Position numbers and translations under genes: made by a program. 64,000 bases of DNA, from positions 189,922 to 253,921 of IMG/VR virus record IMGVR_UViG_3300041411_000129; one strand, 5' to 3'. Below are positions 57,069-64,000 of the stretch, in pieces. Each line of letters opens with the position of its first letter. Positions within the stretch are counted from its first letter, which is position 1. Below the pieces are notes generated by a model. That model was not told the DNA's origin and made no database searches. It worked only from the letters and a program-made list of their open reading frames with translations.

Positions 57069-57866
57069 ATGTCTGCCTACCTGTCTCAACAAGATAAAGC
57101 TAAAGTCAACATTCTGGAAGGCTACGCTCCTCGCAAGCTTACCAACGTTGAAGTGATCATCAACGAGATTCGTCTATTCGATTGGACGTATCCTGATAGC
57201 GACTGCCCAAAGACCTATAAGGCCGGCGCTGAGCGTAAAGAAGTTCTGCGTAGCGCTATCTCCTACACTCTGGGTGATAATCCGTCTCTCGCCACTCTGG
57301 CTCGTGCAGCGTTGGAAGGTCAGCAAGCTCGTAACGATCTGTTCGACAAATACCCGTATGTCAAACACTTCGACCTGATGAACGCCAAGAGTCATAAAGG
57401 TCTACTTGGGTGCCATCTGGCTGGTCACGACACGTATCGAGTCATGGCTTGCATCGACTTCCTTAAAGACCTCTACGACATCGTTGTAGCCCTTCCAGCG
57501 AACAAGAGCAACGTGTTCATCTCCACGAATAGAACGCCGATGTACCGTGACCTGAGAGCCATTGCTGTCAACTCCAAGGTTCCAGCATTGTTCGGTATGG
57601 CGATCCCGGCTGCACTTCAGCAACGCGTCTACGACGTCCTGCGTGTAAACACGTATACGCTCGACATCATCCAACAGTTCGGTCTGCACGGCATTGACCA
57701 GATGATGGATTACTACAAGAACCACCCGTCCTCCAAAGAAGCTTTCCGCGTCTTCAATATGTTTGAAGTTGTGGACTGTCCTTACGTGCGGGATGCGAAG
57801 TATCTTCAGGTAATCATGAACGATCGGTACTACTCGTTCTACGTCAAGCGTAATCAGTTCGTGTAA
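57069..57866 (+). CDS. hypothetical protein (putative early gene)
   Basis: Early motif 57006-57034; GGAG SD. Confidence 0.75.
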   Translation: MSAYLSQQDKAKVNILEGYAPRKLTNVEVIINEIRLFDWTYPDSDCPKTYKAGAERKEVLRSAISYTLGDNPSLATLARAALEGQQARNDLFDKYPYVKHFDLMNAKSHKGLLGCHLAGHDTYRVMACIDFLKDLYDIVVALPANKSNVFISTNRTPMYRDLRAIAVNSKVPALFGMAIPAALQQRVYDVLRVNTYTLDIIQQFGLHGIDQMMDYYKNHPSSKEAFRVFNMFEVVDCPYVRDAKYLQVIMNDRYYSFYVKRNQFV

Positions 57867-57921
57867 CTAGGTGGGAGGCTTCGGCCTCCCGTCTCCACTT
57901 CTTTTTTTTTGAGTAATTTCC

Positions 57922-58293
57922 ATGGATGCGTCTACGACGATTGATGATTTTCTATTAAGAGAAGTCCGACACACTATCCCCGCTGCACTACTAGGTGTGC
58001 TTGGCGATCGAGCTGAACTCATCCGTCTTATTCAGGAACATCTGACTACTGCCAAAGGTACGCTTGGCGATGAGATACGTCCTTCGATATGGAGGACTGT
58101 TAGTCGATACGTCGTCAGTAAAATCAAATTCAACATCTTCGAACTATATCCGAAGCGAGAGAATGACATAACCCTCGAACCACGATTACTTGAGTTCTGT
58201 TCTGAGTACGATGAAGCCGACGAAAGGGCGGAACTCGTATTGCTTGAAATCAAAGACATTTGTCGTAAGTACGGTTCAATTCGGAGATCTTGA
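57922..58293 (+). CDS. hypothetical protein
   Basis: 123-aa ORF. Confidence 0.6.
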   Translation: MDASTTIDDFLLREVRHTIPAALLGVLGDRAELIRLIQEHLTTAKGTLGDEIRPSIWRTVSRYVVSKIKFNIFELYPKRENDITLEPRLLEFCSEYDEADERAELVLLEIKDICRKYGSIRRS

Positions 58294-58294
58294 A

Positions 58295-59074
58295 ATGATT
58301 CAAGTCATGGTTAGCGGTAAAGTTGGCGTTGGCAAGAGCCATGTGTTAGCGGTCATTGAGCGAGCCTTGAATGAGGCTTACGGAGAGACCATCCAGATCG
58401 TTTGCGAAGATACTGAGGAAGAGCGCCGGTCTATCGGCGAAGACATCCGTGAGTGGCAACAGCCGACGGTTGAGAAGATCGTACTGACTCCGTATACGGC
58501 TTGGCATCGGGAAGAGATCGTGGATGCCGGTGATGAGCCTGTTCGTGATTACTTCACTGAGTGGACAAGAGGTCGTGAAGAATCTCCCTTCAAGGCTGGC
58601 GCCCTGGCTAGCTTCATCGAAGATAAATATCCTCCGTTCAAACCCCGCTACGAAACATTGAATGGACGGGTAATCAGGATTGATGAAGCTCACCCAACTG
58701 CTGCTAAAGCGGCGGTTGCTAAATTGGTTGAATCTGCTAACGTACTGCACATCGAAATGTTTATGCCTGGTGATAACCATCAGATGATCGGAATGGGTTA
58801 CCTGAACGATGGCAAGATTGCCGCGCAGTATGCAAACCTTATCAAAGGTATTGTCTTCGATATGGCGTTTGTAGAGCCGTACTTCGGAGATCAGGAAAAG
58901 GTTACTACGTTCCGCAATGTAGAGGTGCAGTCAGCCATGTCCCAAAATAAGGATGGTGCGACTTCAGCATCCATCGGCTTTAAGGTCGGTAAGATGAATG
59001 TCGTCTTGCGGAATAAGCACGATCCTAATCCATTGCAGTTCGGTATTCCTCTTGGAGTTACTGAGGAAGGCTAA
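58295..59074 (+). CDS. protein with N-terminal P-loop motif
   Basis: SGKVGVGKS; GGAG SD before ATG 58295. Confidence 0.65.
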   Translation: MIQVMVSGKVGVGKSHVLAVIERALNEAYGETIQIVCEDTEEERRSIGEDIREWQQPTVEKIVLTPYTAWHREEIVDAGDEPVRDYFTEWTRGREESPFKAGALASFIEDKYPPFKPRYETLNGRVIRIDEAHPTAAKAAVAKLVESANVLHIEMFMPGDNHQMIGMGYLNDGKIAAQYANLIKGIVFDMAFVEPYFGDQEKVTTFRNVEVQSAMSQNKDGATSASIGFKVGKMNVVLRNKHDPNPLQFGIPLGVTEEG

Positions 59075-59107
59075 TCCGTAATTACTTACGGGTGATGGAA
59101 TCAGTAT

Positions 59108-59298
59108 GTGAGAACACCCTTCGGTCATTAAAGTCCTAAGCTTGGTCGCCCAATGTCCTGCGTGGTCGCTGGGTGTTCTCACTACATTCAATGAGACGTC
59201 TTGTACGGTTGCGGTATTTCCTGTGCTTAAACTCTCATTCGCTCGTTGGATGCCTTGCACTCCGTCGGTGGCTTCGGTCATCGACGGGGTTATTTTTC
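59108..59298 (+). ncRNA. candidate ~190-nt structured ncRNA
   Basis: Promoter motif 59074-59108; 12-bp stem GTGAGAACACCC/GGGTGTTCTCAC; AATGAGA/TCTCATT; UUCG terminator with T run. Confidence 0.55.
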
Positions 59299-59366
59299 GT
59301 TTTATGTCGTTTGTTGGGGATCGTATGTAGTGAATTGGTTCGCTACGTTTAGCAGGGAACTTCGCC

Positions 59367-59891
59367 ATGAAAGTGAATATCGCTATTTCTCCGTTGGCCA
59401 ACATCTTGGCGGCCATCAACGCGGCTAACACCGCTTCCTCTACCAACATCACCGAAGCCCAGATTACTGCTGCTGCTCCGGTTGTTGCTGCTGGTACTGG
59501 CGGGCGCAATACCACCGTCGAACTGACTGGCGTTGACGGTCAAGGTATCGAAGGTTCTCGTACCTTCGCTTACACCCGTCAATCTCTGGCTACTGGTGCA
59601 GTGGCTTCCACCGCTCCAGCCAGCGTCACCGTTCTGGAAGCAGATGACCAGGCGGCATCTGTCACCAAGGTTGCCACTGCTCTCGGCCTGCTGGCCAGTG
59701 AATTCGATGCCAGTGCTTACACCGCTCCTGTGGATCAAGGCACTCCTGGCACCGTGACCATCACCGCCAAAGCTACCAGCCTGCTGTACGTTGGCGAACG
59801 CGTCGTTCCTCTGAACTTCGCTGACGAAGACGTAGCGTTCGCTACCGTAGCGCCGATCACTGACCTGGATGCTTTCGAAGCTGAAGCGTAA
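59367..59891 (+). CDS. virion structural protein (phiKZ-like tail-associated paralog family)
   Basis: AINAAN...NTTVELTG..GIEGSRTFAYTR...SLLYVG module; Ala/Thr-rich. Confidence 0.65.
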   Translation: MKVNIAISPLANILAAINAANTASSTNITEAQITAAAPVVAAGTGGRNTTVELTGVDGQGIEGSRTFAYTRQSLATGAVASTAPASVTVLEADDQAASVTKVATALGLLASEFDASAYTAPVDQGTPGTVTITAKATSLLYVGERVVPLNFADEDVAFATVAPITDLDAFEAEA

Positions 59892-59975
59892 GTGATGTAA
59901 ACATAACGCCCGGCTTCGGCCGGGCTTTATGCTATGCGAGGGGTGTTTATACTCTTTATTGCTGGAGGAGTCTGT

Positions 59976-60920
59976 ATGCAAATCAATCTGGGTCTTAGCC
60001 CACTATCTAACGTATTGGGTTTGATCAACGCAAAGAATGGATCGAGTATCGTCGAGACACAAGTGACTGTCGATGCGGTTATTGAATCCACAGAGAATCC
60101 GGGTGACAACACCAAGGTGACTTTGACTGGTATTGACGGACAAGGTATTCAAGGATCGAGATCATTCTACTACGGACGGTACAGTTTACTCGGCGCGAAG
60201 GAACCTGATCCAGGTCGCGTTAACATTCTGGGTACTGACGATCAGGCTCAGATCGAAGCTAAGGTCTGTACGACTTTCGGTCTGAAGGCTTCTGAAGTAG
60301 AAGTCAGCGACGTAACTATCCCTGCGTCCGGTAACTTCACCGTGGCTACAATGATGCCGGTAGACAACTCGCTGCTTTATAATGGCGATCCTGTCGATGT
60401 CCACATCACGTTGGAGGGTGATGTTATTCCTTTATCGGTAGCTATCCCCAATACTGAATTCGCTGGGTTGACTGATGGGTTTGTTGACCTGACAAAGACA
60501 GGGGCTCAAAACCTCTACCGCATGATCAACGCCAGTTATCCGTGGAGCTTTGGCTCAACCGTGGTGACTACCAGCGGCTTGGCTGTATATAGCGCTGAAG
60601 GCTCTCCTGCTAACACGAGCATCCAACTCAATGCAGTGACTGACATGGGGTTCTCTGGGTCACTGACTATCCATTACAAGCGTTTGGAAATCAACGCTCA
60701 GATAACCCCACTGCCTAGCAGTGTGACCATCCTTGAAGCCGATACTGATGCGCAAGTTAAGGCTAAAGTATCTGCTGCTTATGGCGTGCTCAACTCAGCG
60801 ATCCAATTGTCTAACGTGGTACGGCCTACAGCTGGCGTTCCTGGTTCGTGCGACATACGTGCATCATCTACATCGGTACTTTACACCAACACGCTTTACC
60901 CGGTGGTACTGACTCTCTGA
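59976..60920 (+). CDS. virion structural protein with two tandem copies of the same module
   Basis: GGAGGAG SD; NTKVTLTG..GSRSFYYGR..SLLY and NTSIQL..GSLTIHYKRL..SVLY. Confidence 0.65.
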   Translation: MQINLGLSPLSNVLGLINAKNGSSIVETQVTVDAVIESTENPGDNTKVTLTGIDGQGIQGSRSFYYGRYSLLGAKEPDPGRVNILGTDDQAQIEAKVCTTFGLKASEVEVSDVTIPASGNFTVATMMPVDNSLLYNGDPVDVHITLEGDVIPLSVAIPNTEFAGLTDGFVDLTKTGAQNLYRMINASYPWSFGSTVVTTSGLAVYSAEGSPANTSIQLNAVTDMGFSGSLTIHYKRLEINAQITPLPSSVTILEADTDAQVKAKVSAAYGVLNSAIQLSNVVRPTAGVPGSCDIRASSTSVLYTNTLYPVVLTL

Positions 60921-60962
60921 TAGACAGCATAAAGCCCGGCGTGAGCCGGGCCTTATGTCGCG

Positions 60963-61619
60963 TCATGCTTCTGGATCGAAACCAAGGGCATCCGTTACAG
61001 GAGCGATTGTAGCAAACGCTACATCCGTGTCGCTGGAACCGATTCGAATGGTTGAGCCAGGTGTGAAGTAGATACTGCTAGCCAGTGTCGTCAGCAATAT
61101 CGAAGTAGCACCCGGAGCGATAGGTCCATCGGCAACATCCGTCTGGTCTAACTTGACTGTGAACTTGGTATTGATCGCTGCCAAGGTCTCCCAGATAGTA
61201 GCACCGACTGTAGCCGGCATGCTCAACGTTTGACCGTCGAAAGCTTCAGCGATAGGGAACCGAGCATACTGGAAAGTATAGCTGCCAGTATACCCAGAGC
61301 TCTTTCTCGCCGTTACCAGAATGGTCGTGTTGTTCGACGTCTGTGTGTCCGGGTTTGGTTGTGGTGTAGCGAAGGTCAGTTGAGACGAGATGAAGTTAAC
61401 CCCCTTCTCCTTGTTGATCGCTGCCAGCAGACCATCCTTACCGAACACGTTCAGATTAGGTCGACGAACCATATCGACCAATGCGTATCCGTTGACGCGG
61501 CGAAGTGTGACAGGTTCCACTGTGGAGGCCAGCGCGTATCCGTCAACAGCTCGAACTTCAAACGTTGTAAGCGATCGTGTAGCTACGTAAAGGTCAACAC
61601 CCCTCAAGGTAGTAGACAT
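60963..61619 (-). CDS. virion structural protein (same module family)
   Basis: LLAAINKE...NTTILVTA..GYTGSYTFQYARF...SIYFTPG. Confidence 0.65.
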   Translation of the reverse strand: MSTTLRGVDLYVATRSLTTFEVRAVDGYALASTVEPVTLRRVNGYALVDMVRRPNLNVFGKDGLLAAINKEKGVNFISSQLTFATPQPNPDTQTSNNTTILVTARKSSGYTGSYTFQYARFPIAEAFDGQTLSMPATVGATIWETLAAINTKFTVKLDQTDVADGPIAPGATSILLTTLASSIYFTPGSTIRIGSSDTDVAFATIAPVTDALGFDPEA

Positions 61620-61630
61620 AAGTACTCCTA

Positions 61631-62704
61631 TTACGATGTAGGGGTGATGACCAATTCAAGCTCACCCACGTTAGTCGCATTCAACTTACTTCCACCCGGA
61701 AGGGTATTAGTGAGTATACCGCCTGCGACGTTGACTGTCGCTCCACCTGGAGACGGAGTCATGCCAACCGGCACCGTGTCATTACCTGAATAGCTGAAGT
61801 TCACGTTGAAGTTCTGACCGTCGGTGACTTTGGTTGATGCGACCTTTACGTCAACGCCAACTACATCCACTACTCCGAGGCCGCTATTATCAAACTTCAG
61901 ACGAAGCGGGGTATTACCGGCTGGCATGACAGCATTCGGTACGTTCAGACTGGCCGTATCTTCTCGACCAGTATTCAGTACACTCGGCACACTCGATCCA
62001 TCAGATGCGGTATAACCATCACCCACGGCGGAAAGCACAGGTAGTCGCTTCACGCTAATAGGACCAAGTCTCTCGAGAGGAACAGCTGCATCGTTACCGT
62101 CATCGCACATCGCGTAGATATCCGAGAATACCCAAACGTCTTCAGGAGCCCCAGCAGGAATCCAACTGGCGTTTGGTTGCCCGATACCCCACCAAGCCAC
62201 TGTACTTATCGTTGTCTTACTGAAGCCTGAGATCGTACCTGTAGCGGCCTGCACATCGTCGACGAACCGATACCATTTGGCGGTATTGAAATCCATGACG
62301 ATTTCAACGTAGCAGTCATCCGGCAATGTGCTGGCAGGACAATAGACACCTAGGTCAGCAGCAACCGACGACGACGATCCACGCACTACAAATGCGTTAG
62401 GCGCACCGGTTGTTGCAGCTAGACGCTTAAATCTGAATCCGATGACGACCCAGTTAGGGCTAGCGGCATCACCGATCAGTTTACCTATTTTCAGTACGTT
62501 CTGACCTGAAGAGGCAGCGGCGTTACCGATGGTTTTCCCAACCACGAGTTTGTTGGCAGAAACCCGCGCCGGCGACAAGATTGTAAGTGTGGTAACGCAT
62601 ATCGGCGCCAACTCATGGTAAGCCAGGCCGTAACATGCCGCTGGCGTACCGATAGCGTTACCTTCAGGCAGATTATCGAAACCGAAAAGTCTAAGTCTCT
62701 TCAT
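61631..62704 (-). CDS. putative tail fibre/receptor-binding-like virion protein (paralog B)
   Basis: FGFD N-terminus, YVEIVMD, FSDIY..D, RLGPI; lectin-like beta-rich. Confidence 0.55.
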   Translation of the reverse strand: MKRLRLFGFDNLPEGNAIGTPAACYGLAYHELAPICVTTLTILSPARVSANKLVVGKTIGNAAASSGQNVLKIGKLIGDAASPNWVVIGFRFKRLAATTGAPNAFVVRGSSSSVAADLGVYCPASTLPDDCYVEIVMDFNTAKWYRFVDDVQAATGTISGFSKTTISTVAWWGIGQPNASWIPAGAPEDVWVFSDIYAMCDDGNDAAVPLERLGPISVKRLPVLSAVGDGYTASDGSSVPSVLNTGREDTASLNVPNAVMPAGNTPLRLKFDNSGLGVVDVVGVDVKVASTKVTDGQNFNVNFSYSGNDTVPVGMTPSPGGATVNVAGGILTNTLPGGSKLNATNVGELELVITPTS

Positions 62705-62709
62705 GATAG

Positions 62710-63810
62710 TCAGCCTGTAATCAGTTTGAGTTTAGCCGCCTGGATTGCCGAACGTGTCCAACGAACGCCAGCAGGCGACTTCTCACCGAAGTAAAGCCTA
62801 TAGCCACCGGTTGGAGTATTTGTCAGCGACGTATTCACTACTGGTGAACTATCGCCGCCAGATACGACCTGCGAACCGATATTACCGACTGACCCATCCT
62901 TCTTCCGGCCGGACACATCGAGAATAACGGCGTTGATCTGTCCAGGAAAGTTAGGGATAGCCAGCCCGATATTAGCGGTCAAGTTATTCACATCCGACGT
63001 TACCACTGGAGTGGCTAGACTAGCCACGTCAGTAATATCGGTATTCAACGCAGTTACAGCGTCGGCAGCACCGGTTGCAGCCCAGGTTGGTTGGTCAATG
63101 CTCGAAGTCGTGATTGGAACAACTTGCTGAGGACCTAAGAAGGTATCAGCAGTACCGTCATTGGTCTTTTCAACGAGGTACATGTCTTTGAACCAATACG
63201 AGTACTCGATGTTGCCAGCGATGGTACCAGACGATGCGATAATACCAGCCGCGAACTGAGCTGTACCGGCAGTAATTGCCGTCTGCGTAGTCGAAGTCAT
63301 CGCCAAATCAGCAATCGACACACCGTCGACCTTACGACGAATTACTTGAGCGGCTACATCGTACTGCGCCTCAAGATAATATTCCTTACCGTATTCCCAT
63401 CCAGGAATACTACCGAATGGGAATGCAGTGCCGATAGAGAGAGTAGTTAAGGTGACACTTCCGGAGGTTACGATACCCATCGGATGCGGCCAGTTAGCTG
63501 CGACCGTTACAGGTATTGGAAAAAACCAGCGGACGCCAATAGTGATAACTGCTGATGCCCCTTGAGTTAACCCAAGGGATGCTAATGTAGCGATAAAGTG
63601 GTTATTTTTACTGATACTCGATGAGCTAGAATCCACGCTACCGGTACACTTCAGCCAGCCATTGGCCTTACTGTAGGTAACGCCACCTTTAGCTACAGCT
63701 TGTCCTGGCTTGAATGAGAACGGTAATTGTCCCAACGTAACTGTTGCAGCAACCTGCTCGCCTGCTGGCAGTGGTACGTCATCGAAACCGAAGAAATTAC
63801 GAATAGCCAT
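62710..63810 (-). CDS. putative tail fibre/receptor-binding-like virion protein (paralog A)
   Basis: FGFD N-terminus, EYYLEAQYD, FKDMY, FLGPQ. Confidence 0.55.
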   Translation of the reverse strand: MAIRNFFGFDDVPLPAGEQVAATVTLGQLPFSFKPGQAVAKGGVTYSKANGWLKCTGSVDSSSSSISKNNHFIATLASLGLTQGASAVITIGVRWFFPIPVTVAANWPHPMGIVTSGSVTLTTLSIGTAFPFGSIPGWEYGKEYYLEAQYDVAAQVIRRKVDGVSIADLAMTSTTQTAITAGTAQFAAGIIASSGTIAGNIEYSYWFKDMYLVEKTNDGTADTFLGPQQVVPITTSSIDQPTWAATGAADAVTALNTDITDVASLATPVVTSDVNNLTANIGLAIPNFPGQINAVILDVSGRKKDGSVGNIGSQVVSGGDSSPVVNTSLTNTPTGGYRLYFGEKSPAGVRWTRSAIQAAKLKLITG

Positions 63811-63820
63811 ATTTAATACC

Positions 63821-64000
63821 TCAGCTCCAACGGATAATTGGATCGCTAAACAGAGCTGCGAATGAAGGCAGTGTCTTACCTACCATGACTTTAGATCCTG
63901 CGGTGAAGAAGTAGCTGCTGGACTTAACCGTCAGCTCCACCTTTGTCGCCTCAGAGTCGATTGGACCGTCCTCAACATCGTTCTGAGTGAGAACCCAACC
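63821..64000 (-). CDS. C-terminal part of a virion protein paralogous to 60963..61619
   Basis: GWVLTQNDVEDGPI...SSYFFTAGS vs LDQTDVADGPI...SSIYFTPGS. Confidence 0.65.
   Translation of the reverse strand, partial: GWVLTQNDVEDGPIDSEATKVELTVKSSSYFFTAGSKVMVGKTLPSFAALFSDPIIRWS

Overview
A gene-dense 64-kb segment, about 50% GC by eye, that reads as part of a phiKZ-like (Chimalliviridae-type) jumbo bacteriophage, probably infecting Pseudomonas. This is an inference from gene content, promoter motifs, tail-protein paralogs and a Pseudomonas-type PL7 lyase and tRNA-His body. Most ORFs are short + strand hypotheticals in blocks opened by a repeated early-promoter-like motif. Recognisable genes: DHFR, thymidylate kinase, dCTP deaminase, an NrdJ-type ribonucleotide reductase, phosphatases/phosphoesterases (CX5R, DHH, NinI-like, HD), AAA ATPases, a QueC-like PP-loop protein, a TAXI-like solute-binding protein, Rz/Rz1 spanins, a SNF2-type helicase with large C-terminal additions, and a block of virion/tail paralogs at the right end. 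The most unusual feature is the RNA cluster at about 7.8-9.9 kb. It has three ordinary tRNAs (Asn GTT, Asp GTC, Tyr GTA), six tRNA-like RNAs with rebuilt anticodon arms, and four further stem-closed RNAs. Three of the tRNA-like RNAs carry a second, circularly permuted tRNA-like module (T-arm plus capped acceptor stem) in place of the anticodon loop. Three have the tRNA-His G-1:C73 acceptor signature. Four more candidate structured ncRNAs lie elsewhere; three of them share the promoter motif that precedes the tRNA cluster. A covarying Shine-Dalgarno hairpin precedes at least nine genes. All structures were derived by eye, with no folding software or database search.
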